This document shows, piece after piece, positions 39,731-51,745 of a stretch of DNA of 64,000 bases; the stretch's first letter is position 1, and each line of letters starts with the position of its first letter. The stretch is taken from positions 7,564,001 to 7,628,000 of the forward strand of contig OZ193909.1 in NCBI GenBank assembly GCA_964276515.1, given 5' to 3'. A model generated the notes under the pieces. It was not told the DNA's origin, searched no databases, and saw nothing but the letters and a program-made list of their open reading frames with translations. The DNA comes from Gordius albopunctatus. Lineage: Eukaryota. The position numbers and the translations under genes are program-made.

Positions 39731-40946
39731 CTTCTTCTTCTTTATCAGTTATTTGGTCCCACATTGGTGGGGTTTGTTTTGATAAGTTTCTTCCATCTTG
39801 ACCGGGTGAGTGCCGCCATGTCTTGACTAATCTCTTTAGTTTCCATAACTTTATCGACTTGCCCTTTCCACGTGACACGGGGTCGTCCTCTTCCCGGTAC
39901 CTCCATGTCCGGTACTTTTCTATTTACGTCATCCGTATCCCTCCTTAGTATATGACCATACCACCTTAGCCGATTTTTGTTAATCATGTCGGCCATAGAT
40001 TGAATACCCATTTTTGTCATGAGAAAGTCATTCGTCATATGGTCGAGCTTAGTATACCCCAAGCTCCACCGTATCATTCTCATCTCTGTGGCTTGTAATA
40101 GCTTTAATTCCGTGGTGTTTAATGCCCATGTTTCACTTCCATAGAGTAACACCGGTCTTACGATGGATTTGTAAGCTTTGCTCTTCAACCATATTGGCAT
40201 TTTCTTTTCACAAAAAACACCGGATATACTTCGCCATTTAAGCCATCCTTTTTGGATCCGGGCATTGACTTATGTTGTGCAACCTCCCTATTGATGTAGC
40301 ATCGAGCCGAGGTATGTGAACCCGTCTACTTTTGGGTACTTTAGATGGTCATCCAGCGATGGGGTGCCTGTATCGTTCATTTCCATGTATACCGTTTTTA
40401 TATCGTTGACCTTTAAACCATATCCAGCTAAGCGCTTTGACCATTTTTCAGCTTCTTCGAATACTTTCTCTCTTGTTTCCTCCGCATAGTACTATATCAT
40501 CGGCATATAGCATACACCATGGCGAAGGCTTTTGAACGTCCCTCGTTATCGTGTCTATAATTATATTAAATAAAAAGGGACTTAAAGCAGAGCCTTGATG
40601 TAATCCAATATTAACACGAAAAGGTTTAGAGTCTCCAACTGTCGTCCTAACGCAAGAGTTTGAAGCTTCATAAATATTTTTAATAAGCCGTATATATGCG
40701 TCAGGGATATTTTGTTTCCTCAGGCACCACCATATTAAGTCGCGGGGGACCGTGTCATAAGCTTTTTTTCACATTGCACGGGCGGGGTATGCAGTGCGCG
40801 TCGTTTGTGGAGGACGCCCTAGCCTTTTCTTGTAAAGTTCTGTTTGAAACTATCATAGTTTTGGAGTTGATTTTTATAGCCGGTTTCCGACCTGACGCCA
40901 ACCCTCCACTTTTTTCACACGGACTTGGGACCGTCGTAGGTTTGTG
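39731..40946 (-). mobile_element. RTE element copy 2: 5' leader fused directly to the RT 3' half
   Basis: (GAA)n tail at 39731-39742; RT from KAYDTVPRDLIWW through YADD to the C-terminus. 40770-40938 is highly similar to the copy-1 leader at 14720-14888. Confidence 0.9.
40898..40946 (-). ncRNA. Twister ribozyme core at RTE 5' end (resembles the post-cleavage product)
   Basis: CAC-AA-AC-CTACG-ACGG-TCCCAAGT-CCGT-GTGAAAAAAGTG-GAGGG-TTGG. The T2 AC pairs with the L4 GT. Confidence 0.78.
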
Positions 40947-41282
40947 AGAAAACTATTACTTATTTTCTTTCCCTCCAAATTTTTTTTTCCTAAAGTAAGA
41001 ATAGACCTTAAAAATATATTTCAATAAAAAAATTGGAAAAATAATTTTTAGTTTTTTTATAACGCGATTTAATTTTTTATGGCTAAAGTAGCCACGGTCT
41101 CCCCTACTTACATATTTGTTGAAGAAAGTTTGAAATAAATGGCATAAGCATGTAATCATAATATGATATTAAGAAATAATGGGGGATGGGAGAGACCATA
41201 TGTAGGTCTTTCCTCTTTTCACCATACTTATCCATCATTTGTCTCAGGGCGAAGGATGGATAAGTATGGTGAAAAGAGGAAA

Positions 41283-42220
41283 TATATATAAAAATGAAAC
41301 TATGTTTGTATGTGTGCCGCCACAAATTTTGGAGAACTACCAGACCGATTTGGCTCAAAATTTCACAGTTTATTCCACACACTCCGGAGCATGTTTTAAA
41401 ATATGTTCGAGCCAAATCGGTCCAGTAGTTTTTGAGGGGTCAGGTTTTTTTTGTTTTATACGTTGTTTTATACGTTTTGGCACTTAATAAAGACGTCATA
41501 TGACGTCATACGGTATACTGTAAAATGCGGAAATCACTTAATAAAATTAAGACGTCATACAAGATACTGTAAAATGCGGCAATCACTTAATAAAATGTCG
41601 ATCCTACGCAACTTCATGACGTCATACAGTGATACTGAAAAATGCAAAAAATATAAATAATCTATCATAAAAGTGTATGTCTTTTTTTGCGCGTTAAATA
41701 AGGAGAAAAATGAACAAAAAAAATCTTGAAGGGCCAGGGGGCTAAAGATTTTTCCCTTGGGGGGGGGGGCATGGGGCTAGGTTTTCTATCTTGGGTTGGC
41801 TTGGGCCTTGGACCCTCTTTAACTATTTGTTTAAAAATTATCAAACTTTATTTATACTTCAATAACCGCTTTATCATCATGTATGCCCTAAAATTCCAAC
41901 ATAATTTAATACACCCGCGACCCGGGTAAATGGCAAAACTATGGTATTACCTAATTATTATAGTGGTAACTTTATAATTTGGATATCACGTTGTTCACAT
42001 TCCTTAATATATATGAATACACATTATTTATAATCCTCCTTATTCTATTCACAATCATTATAATTTGAATAGCCCTCAACTACCTTATTACGAGTTATTT
42101 ATATTAACCTCTTTACAATGGTATATAAGCTAATGCTTAACGATATAATAGGATCTTTGGTTTTATATAAATAAAGTAGGCCTAAACCCCTACAAAACAA
42201 CGTTTGTCGGGTTCATCTAG
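41283..42220 (+). mobile_element. Non-autonomous Helitron-like element
   Basis: TATATATAAA..GTATGTGTG 5' end resembling the 19465 element; 3' palindrome ACAAAAC..GTTTGT followed by CTAG|T. Confidence 0.6.
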
Positions 42221-43159
42221 TTTATTATAACGTTAAATCACAAACAAGTATATACTTTCAATATTAGAATTTATAACATTCATAACCTGCACATACTGGA
42301 AGGTTGTAAAACAACAATAAAAGTAGCATTAGTGAAATAAGAACATAAGGTTTATTATTTTGTTATTAAGTGCACATATAATATTTTATAACAAAAATCA
42401 TTATAATAAAAAGTAAACTATGATATACAAGTTTAAGGTCCCCTTTGTATTCCAAAAAATTGCCTCCCATTTCCAACTAACTTTGTCATTAAATATTTAA
42501 TTTCTAATACGGTATATATCGTATTTAAAGTTGCGGAATTCCATTATAGAAATTTTTGTTAAATGCACCTTCCAAACCTATTTTATAAGTTCTTCTTTAT
42601 TAAACAATAATTTTGAAAATTTTATTTTATTCAACTCAAATTCCAAACTACTCGCCCCTGATTTCTATTATCAATTGTAATTATATATATTATATTGTTA
42701 CGAATGAAAAATAAAAGTTTTACATGTTGAATTATTCCTCATAATTATATAGCTGATTTAGTTTTGTGTAAAAAAAGCTTGTTGGAAAAATGTTTATTAA
42801 ATTTTTTATAATGGACTATTTCTGATTTAAATTTTGAATTAAACAAAAATAAGTTCAAATAATTAAACTCAATTAACAAGAAAAATTTGATTCGTAGAAT
42901 TTAAAAATTGCGGATTTTACTTAGATTAAAAAAAATTATTTTGGATCAGATAAAACGTTTTTCAAAAACCCTTCGGATTGGATTAAAATACTATAATAAA
43001 AAATATACACTGAACTTGAATTAGTTACTTTTGCAAAAAATATGAACTTGAACTAATTTATTTTTTCAAAATGAACTATGAACTTGAACTAGTTCATATC
43101 TAACATGAACTTTAACGTAATTATAATTTGACAAGCTCCTTGCCCATTTATTGTTTAGT

Positions 43160-43513
43160 ACACGCCTGCCCACGTCGAAAGTTTGGGTGGACGATGCGTT
43201 AATTAATTTTATTTGAGATTCTGGGGCTTGTATCAGTCTTATGTCCTTTACACAGTTTAATAACCTTTGGCCTAATAAAAAAATTTCCCGTCCTTTTTTT
43301 AATGCCCACCAATTAGATGGTGCGGCGGTTGAGTTAGTGGGTGAAGCCAGCGTTGAGGTGGTGGCTGGCAACGCGGTGTGGACATTATTAATGTATGTAA
43401 CAGCTGCTAAAAGCGATCCTTTAATGGGTTCGGATTGCTTGCAGGTGATAGGTCCCCATGTTAGGTGGTTTGGTCTCTGTGATTCATTAAAAGAAACAAC
43501 CGTTAGCTCCTAG
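43160..43513 (+). mobile_element. Gypsy aspartic protease fragment
   Basis: VKVWVDD..FI*DSGACISLM...PLMGSDCL, a retropepsin pattern with an in-frame stop. Confidence 0.65.
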
Positions 43514-44274
43514 CGAGAACACTAGCCCAGGTTGGGAAGCAATGATATGATATGTAATATTGAGCCCCCGAGTCGGGCCGAAAATACGACATTAGTCGTG
43601 AGACCATTTACGACGCTAAGCGTCGGTACGCCTTCGCGTGTGATTGAAATTCAATTAAATAAAATACAATTATAACTAAATTTCAATTCATCAATAAATA
43701 ATAAAGTTTACACTCTAAAAAAATTTGTAATATTATAATGTCTAAGCTTAAAAAAGTACTTAGTCTTAATAACTATTCAAATAACTACAAATATTTATTA
43801 TTTATCAAATTTATTTCGAAATTTTACCTCGCATTTTGATTCGGTTTTCTTAGAATTTATCTTAGATTGTGATTGGGTTATCTTAATGTCGGACGGTCGC
43901 CTAAAAACCGTTATTTATCACTAGAATCGAGATTAGAATAGGGGTCAAAGTAGCTGAATGATGAAAAATTAGCAGAGAAATATGACTTTTAGATAATCAA
44001 TATATTAGAATTAAATCTCAAATGGGAAGGGAATTCGATGTGCTCCTAACTCTAACCTAAAACTCTAATTTTCCTGACTAATCTTGATATGACCAATTTG
44101 GCAGCTTTTTTCTGCTACTTTGACCGGATGCCCGAGATTATATAGCTTGCCCCGAATTTTGCTCATATTCATTTTATTGTGGTTTGGCTGGTTTTAGCTT
44201 GAATTGAAACGCTTTTGAGTATCCTCGGATACATTATGGTTAATTGAAATTCTATTACTTTTTCCCAAATTACA

Positions 44275-44502
44275 ATGATATTTAATTCTACTGCTGGCGA
44301 CAATAGTTATAATAACCAAGAAGACTTATTTATTAGTAATTTAAATTATTTTTTTGTAAATTATCATTTAGATCTAAAAATACTATCAGAAAGCTTAAAC
44401 ACTGGGTTGAATAATGAATCCATAAAGGTGTGCTTTCATTTGCTTGAAATAGGGGTTAATCCTGAGGCTTTAGTAAAAATTATTCAACAACTAAAATTAT
44501 GA
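44275..44502 (+). CDS. MZT1: Mitotic-spindle organizing protein 1 (MOZART1)
   Basis: LSESLNTGLNNESIKVCFHLLEIGVNPEALVKIIQQL is the MZT1 signature. A probable 36-nt in-frame intron at 44336-44371 gives 63 aa. Confidence 0.92.
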   Translation: MIFNSTAGDNSYNNQEDLFISNLNYFFVNYHLDLKILSESLNTGLNNESIKVCFHLLEIGVNPEALVKIIQQLKL

Positions 44503-45187
44503 CAAAAAGTAAGATATATTATGTAAATTTTTTATATATTTAGGCTATTTACCTACTCCCTTGTACAAATTTAATGCCTTTGAAAAAGAAAATGTTTATG
44601 AACCTGCAGAAGACACATTCTTATTACTTGATGCTCTTGAGATTGAAGCACCATTTTTAACTCAACTTAACCCTAGTATCATCCTTGAAATTGGTACAGG
44701 ATCTGGAATAATTACTACATTCTTAATGAAAAACTTCAATCTGAAAGATTCATTTTTTTTTGCATCTGATATAAATCCAATAGCTAGTTGCACTACCCTA
44801 AATACTATAGCCATAAATGATGTTAATAAAATGTGCCATGAAATATTAATAGACAATTTAGTTCAAAGTTTTTTGCCAAGATTGAGTAATCAAGTTGATC
44901 TTATTTTATTTAATCCACCATATGTTACTACTGATGAAGAGAATGATACCATATTATCTAAAGCATGGAATGGGGGACCTAATGGCAATTGTATCATAGA
45001 CGAAAGCATTCAAGTTATATCAACTCTCCTTTCATCAAAAGGTGTTGCCTATATAATACTTGTCAATGAGAATCAACCATTTGAATTTATTAATAGATTG
45101 AATTTGGTTTATCACATAAAAGCCAACATCATTTTGCGTAGACAGGCTTTTAATGAACATCTCTTTGTTATAAAATTTTGGAAATAA
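44499..45187 (+). CDS. N6AMT1: N6AMT1/HemK2 (Mtq2) methyltransferase
   Basis: VYEPAEDTFLLLDALE, LEIGTGSG, SDINP, FNPPYV and AWNGG motifs. Main exon 44544-45187 begins (S)YLPTPLY. The start is most simply ATG 44499 with a 35-nt intron at 44509-44543; the start assignment is less certain than the gene call. Confidence 0.93.
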
Positions 45188-45234
45188 ATTATTACCAGTA
45201 AACCTTCTCACACCTTTTTAAAATTTATGCCCTA

Positions 45235-45460
45235 CTAGCTGTGCTTGGCCAAGCGTTGCTTTGGCTTCGTTCTTATTTGGTTAAATAATTGGTACCTATC
45301 AATAGGAAATATATGAAAGAATTTGTGTCAGCTGAAAGAGAGTTTATGATGTGAAAAATATTTTTTAAGCAAATAGATTTATAACAGTTTTAATTACTTA
45401 TTACATAGCAATTTTTAGCAATAATATGCATGATTGGGTGACAAAAGTGTTTATAAACCA
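45235..45460 (-). mobile_element. Helitron 3' fragment
   Basis: Reverse complement of ~19795-20067, including the CTAG terminus. Confidence 0.75.
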
Positions 45461-46482
45461 CTAATACAAAATTCAATGAATGATATTGTTGGGCAATGTA
45501 GAGAAAATTTTTAGTAAAAGGTGTTTAGTAGTGTATTGTCATACCCAAACAACCAAGAGTAATAAAATGAAGAGATAGCAGAAAAGCATATTCAAATTTG
45601 GTTTAATGAAGCCTTTTACAATCTACTGAAACACCTGAAGTAAACACTCAGTTGGAATGGCCCCCTGTCTGAGTGCCTCTTATGGCCCAAAGATTTCCCA
45701 TGTCATAACCTTGGTCTACTCTTATCCAACAATGATATCTGCATTGCTGTAGGCCTATTAGGATGAAATATAGATGCTCAACAAATTTATTAACTTTTCA
45801 ATAATTCCCTAAAATTGGCTACGCCCATAGTCTACAGCTACACTGTAATTGCAAACCGTGGTTAAGAAACTCATACATAATTATTTTACCAAAGCTGGTA
45901 TTCTCTCTATTCTTCAACCCACACGCCTCTGTCAAGATAGAAAACGACCAGATGGGCCAACTTTAGGCACTTGGGAAAAGCACTCATTTTAGCATGGGAC
46001 TATACACGTACTGACGTATTTGCCCCATCACAACAAAGACCCCTGTCTTCAGCCGAGTCTTAGAAGTTTTCAATTACTCTGAAATTAACAAAACTAAAAA
46101 TTTTTTGTCCCATTGGGGCAACCACCCTAACAACCTTTGTCCCCAAGCCTTACAAATTATTAAGAAAATAGGACAAATATCTTTACTATCCCATGATAAT
46201 TGCAAATCGTTTTTTATTACACAGAAAATTACCATAACTATCTGTAAATATAATTCATTAGCCTTAGCGGAATTTTTCCAAATATTTATAAAGTATTTTA
46301 TAAAAAAAAAAAAATAAATAATTAGTATATTTGATTGAAATTAGATTTAACTGGAAATAATACATCGCGAGTTTAGTGAAAGCAAAATGTTATATAAGTT
46401 TTAAAAAAATTAACAAGCAAAATCTGATCGTAAATGGCTTTTTGTTGCAGCGATAGCTTTGGAACATCAGATCACACATAAG

Positions 46483-46838
46483 TAGTGGTGGGAAAACGCT
46501 TAGCACTAGCGCGCTTAGCACCTCCCCGCTGATGGGAATAGCCTATTAAATACGCTATGTCTACTAGCACATAGTCACTTTAAGTGCTATAAGCTATAGG
46601 AGATTGGAGGCTTGAGGTGCTAGAGCTATGGGAGGTTTGAGGTGCTATGTGCTATAGGAGATGGGAGGTATGAGGTGCTATGTGCTATAGGAGATGGGAG
46701 TTTGAGGTGCTATAGGAGATGGGAGGTTTGAGGTGCTATGTGCTATAGGAGATGGGAGTTTGAGGTGCTATGTGCTATAGCCGATTGCACTTAAATGCGC
46801 TACTCCTATAGCACCGGCGCTAACACTGGGAATAATTT
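46483..46838. repeat. hAT-like MITE with internal minisatellite (GCTATAGGAGATGGGAG[G]TTTGAGGTGCTATGT)n
   Basis: Ends TAGTG...CACTG. An inverted copy lies at 47406-47519 plus 52061-52137, split by Gypsy copy B. Confidence 0.7.
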
Positions 46839-47817
46839 TTTTAATTGTTTATTTTGTTTTTATTAAATATTAAAATACATCTGAATATAATTTTTTTGCC
46901 CTATCTTACCATCTAACTACGACTTATTTTAATATAAATGTAATTAAATGTATGACTTTAATTTTATTTTGCATTGCTTCTACATTTATTTTATCAATAA
47001 GTCGCCCCCGCCCCCCTCTGAATGACGGGAAAAAAATTTTTCCAATGTAAAAAAACCCTTACAAATTAATAATTTTTTTTATTTAGCCCCTCCCTAATTC
47101 AACTTTTATTTTAACCGTTTGCCCCCCCCCCCCTAATTCAAAACCTAGTTATGCCCTACGCCCATGTTTTTGAGAATAAAAAAATTAAACTCCCCCTTTC
47201 CTTAAGTTAATATGTTTCCATTAAAAGGAAAACAATACTATTGAGTGAACTTTTATGCGTTTGCGTACTCATACTTTTGTAATTATTTACTTAGCAGTTA
47301 AATAACACCCTTTTTTAATTTTGTTTTTTTGAACAATATATTTTTAATGGAAAATTGTTTATTAGATTACACACAAGTTCATATTATACTCTATTGTTTT
47401 CATTGAAATTATTCCCAGTGTTAGCGCCGGTGCTATAGGAGTAGCGCATTTAAGTGCAATCGGCTATAGTACATAGCACCTCAAACTCCCATCTCCTATA
47501 GCACATAGCACCTCAAACCTGTAGAGGCTACGAATTTAATCGCACGCTACTTTCCCTTGACCCCGTCTAGGCAAATTATTATTCACGCACCCTAATAATA
47601 GCTCCTCGCTTATACTTTATCATCGCCTGACTTATTCAAATTATTATTCACGCACCCTAATCATAAAAGTGAATACATTTAAGTATTTGAATGTCTCGCA
47701 ATTCACCTTATTATACACACAAATAACCTCGCAGAGATGTGTATATAAACGCGATGTTATTAAATAAAAGTATTCATTTATTTTTCCCTTAAAACTTAAC
47801 ATTTGGTGACCCCTAAA

Positions 47818-48615
47818 ATGTCCACCCAACCATCTGATATGGAGGTTAAAAGCGAAAATGCCACATATTTTAAACTGCCACAGTTTAACAATATAAATAC
47901 CCGCTCATGGTTCACTCAAATAGAGGCTCTTTTCTTTGTTAGAAAGATAAAAAGCGAAACTACCAAGGCTGGGTACTTAATAGAAGCCTTGCCACTGGAA
48001 ATAACTGTCGAAATTCAAGACATACTACAAAATATGCCCGACATTTTACCCTATACAACCATTAAAGCCGCCATCATAGACCGCACAAGCCAATCCGATT
48101 CTGCTAGACTTCGTGCTCTTCTCACAACTGTGGAATTAGGAGATCGTACCCCATCCCAGCTTCTGCGCTTCATGAAAAATCTTCTGGGAACGAATTCCAT
48201 GGATGAACGAGTTCTTAAAGAACTTTGGATAGAAAAACTTCCAAAAAACATGATCGGTATTTTGGCAATTGTTTCTGACGAGCAGCCCCTCTCCAAATTA
48301 GCCGAAACGGCAGACAAAATTGTAGAGACCTACCACACCTCCACATGTTCTAGTGTAAATGTAGTCACGGAAAATGAATCGACTCGGCTTAGGGAGATGA
48401 TTGCAAAACTCACCCAGGAGGTACAAAATTTAAAAGTCTCAATCAATAGGCCACGTGATCGTTCCAACTCGAGACGCCGCAACCCCTCTACCGTTCGCCA
48501 CCCTAGCTCGCATGTTCAACCAAATCTCGTTTGTTGGTACCATTACCGCTTTAAAGACAAGGCGCTCAAATGCGTGCAACCTTGCGCATTTAACCTCCCC
48601 GCAACAAACGAATAG
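47818..48615 (+). CDS. gag: Gag (copy B)
   Basis: Protein identical to copy A gag, with the CHCC motif. Confidence 0.9.
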   Translation: MSTQPSDMEVKSENATYFKLPQFNNINTRSWFTQIEALFFVRKIKSETTKAGYLIEALPLEITVEIQDILQNMPDILPYTTIKAAIIDRTSQSDSARLRALLTTVELGDRTPSQLLRFMKNLLGTNSMDERVLKELWIEKLPKNMIGILAIVSDEQPLSKLAETADKIVETYHTSTCSSVNVVTENESTRLREMIAKLTQEVQNLKVSINRPRDRSNSRRRNPSTVRHPSSHVQPNLVCWYHYRFKDKALKCVQPCAFNLPATNE

Positions 48616-48626
48616 ACCACCCAGGG

Positions 48627-51600
48627 ATGGCGACGCCTGGACTTGGTCTAAAACTTAGTCGCTTATTTTACATTTTCGACAAATCCACGGGTCTACGATT
48701 CCTCATTGACACAGGCGCAGAGATTTCCATTATTCCGCCTTCCCGAGACCATCCCTTGACCCCTTCCTATGTGCAACTCCAGGCCGCCAATTCTACCCCT
48801 ATAAAAACATATGGCCAAAAGCTTTTCACTTTGGACCTCGGCCTACGCAAAGAATTTAGATGGATTTTTACAATTGCAGACGTTAAACAGCCAATAATCG
48901 GAGCCGATTTTCTTAATCACTACCATCTGGTAGTTGATATAAAAAAGAAGCAGCTCTTCGATACCCAAACGACATTAACATCTGCAGGTAAGGCTACACT
49001 CGCGACGTCAATCAACATACAAGTTGGGATAATTGGCACCTCTCCCATCAAATCACTACTTCAGAAGTATGCCTCCATAGTGTCCCCTTCTGATTATAAG
49101 GCTCAAGTAACTCACAGCACTCAACACCACATCCACACCAACGGCCCTCCGGTTCACTCAAAACCAAGGAGACTTTTCCCGGACAAGCTTAAGATTGCCC
49201 GAGACGAATTTACTCACATGCTCGAACTTGGTATAATCCGTCCCTCTAACAGTGACTGGTCCTCACCCCTGCACATGGTACCCAAGAAGGCCGCGGGAGA
49301 TTGGAGACCTTGTGGCGACTATCGCATGCTCAACAGTCGTACAATTCCCGATCGTTATCCCCTTCCACACCTCCATGACTTTGCGCTGACCCTTTGCAAT
49401 AAAACGGTATTCTCAAAGATCGATTTAGTCAGGGCTTACCACCAAATTCCAATGGCCCCAGAGGATATTTCTAAAACCGCCATCACAACCCCGTTCGGTC
49501 TTTTTGAATTTCTTCGCATGCCATTTGGCCTTCGCAACGCTGCTCAGACGTTTCAACGCTTTATGGACCAAGTTTTTAGAGAACTTGACTTTGTTTTTGT
49601 TTACCTTGACGACGTTCTCATCGCGAGTTCTTCCATTAACGAACACCACAATCATATTAGACTGGTTTTTGAAAGACTCAAGACTTTCGGTATTAAAATC
49701 AGTCAGGATAAATGCGTATGGTGCCAAAACGAAATTTTTTTTTGGGACACAAAATCACCCCTCAAGGTTTGTCACCCCTTCAGGACAAGGTGGAAGCAAT
49801 CCTCAATTTCCCACAGCCTACCTCGATGACTCAGTTGAGACGCTTCTTAGGGATGATTAATTTTTATAGACGTTTTATTCCAATGTGTGCCGAATTACTC
49901 AAACCTCTCACCGATATGCTCGACGGTTCAAAGAAGACAATATCCTGCACCCCGGAAGCTTCGACTGCTTTTAACAATGCCAAACTCGCTTTAAGCAATG
50001 TCGTGCCTCTTTATCATCTTCAAAAAGACGCTAAATTCTCAATCACCACCGACGCCTCCAGCTCAGCCGTAGGAGCCGTATTACATCAAACAACTAACGA
50101 TAAGACGCTGCCTTTAGTTTTTTTTTCCCAAAAGCTAACAAAAACTCAACAACGATATAGTGCATTCGGTCGCGAATTATTAGCAATATATTTAACAATC
50201 CGCCATTACCGCCATTTTTTAGAGGGTCATGAATTCACTATTTATACAGACCACAAGCCACTAACTTATGCTTTCAGTACACCTATCGACAAATACTCCC
50301 CGCGGGAGATTAGACAGTTAGACTATATTTCGCAATATTCTACCGATCTACAATATATAGCTGGCAAATCAAATGTAGTCGCTGACACCCTCTCAAGGTC
50401 TGAAATTGATTCCGTTGATTTTAAAGACAGGCCTCTAGTTGAAAGGTTAGCTTTGGCTCAGATGGAAGAAAATTTGACATTTCAAGACCTAAAGTCTCTA
50501 AAAATAACGCAACTTCCTATACCGGGCTCTGATTTGACCGTGCAATGCGACATGTCCACAACCTCACCTCGACCACTCGTCCCAACTTCACTCAGACGCA
50601 TAATTTTCGATAATTTCCACAACTTATCACACCCTGGTACGCGTGCAACACTTAAGCTGATTACACGCCGATATGTTTGGCCCTCCATCAATATGGATGT
50701 AAGAAAATGGGCCAAATCATGCGTTGCTTGTCAAAAATCGAAAATTCATCGTCACATAAAGGCCCCTTTAGGTACATTTGCTGAACCAGACGCTCGATTT
50801 AGCCACATCCACGTCGATCTCGTTGGTCCACTACCACCGTCAAATGGATATACCCACTTACTCACGATTATTGACCGTTTCACACGATGGCCTGTCGCCA
50901 TGCCGATCCATGACACCTCAGCCCAAACGGTTGCAAAAGCTCTGATCAAGTATTGGATAGCTGACCTCGGAGTACCATCAAGCCTCACAACAGATAGAGG
51001 TCCCCAGTTTGAGTCCCAATTATTTCGGAATCTCACGCAACTTCTTGGTGTAAATCACATCACAACCACTGCCTATCACCCACAAGCTAATGGCATGATT
51101 GAGAGATTTCATCGACAGCTGAAAAGTTCCTTGATGGCACAAGGTGACACAACCAAATGGGATGAGCTCTTACCATTAATTTTGCTTGGCATTCGAACCA
51201 CCATCAAGGAAGACTTAGGTTGCACTCCAGCCGAATTAGTTTATGGCACTACACTTAGACTTCCCGGCGAATTTTTCACGAACTCAAGTACACCTCACAA
51301 CACCTCCGAATTTATTAAAGGCCTAAAACAACATTTTTACCATTTGCCTTTTAAAAAGGTCAGGACACAATCGACAAATGCGGATACAACTTCACTTCTT
51401 AGGGAATGTAAATACGTTTTTATCCGTAATGATTTCGTTCGAAAAAGTTTGGTGCCACCATATGACGGACCGTTCAGAGTAAAGTCCAAACATGCTAAAT
51501 ATTTCATTATTGAAAAAAACGGAAAAGCTGACTCAATTTCGATCGAGCGACTGAAACCTGCATATTTAGATACTTCAACTCAGACGTTTACGGATACCGA

Positions 51601-51745
51601 AAATTCAAATCCATCCAAATCTAGGCCTACCGACAAAATCGCTGAACCAGCTAACTCCGACCCAGACCTAACAAAATCAAAAGAAAACCCATACATCACA
51701 TCGAGAGGAAGGCACGTGCATTGGCGCTATAAACTACTACACTAA
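48627..51745 (+). CDS. pol: Pol polyprotein PR-RT-RH-IN (copy B); one frameshift in a T-run at 49735-49743
   Basis: DTGA, YLDD, TDAS..RELLA..TDHKPL, HHCC (HNLSHPG..CVAC), HVDLVG..TDRG..IERFH and GPF motifs. Confidence 0.9.

Noticed and set aside
50030..50875. Deletion length of 846 bp equals exactly three times the 282-bp LTR
   Set aside because: No mechanism evident; the GAC microhomology suffices, so treated as coincidence.
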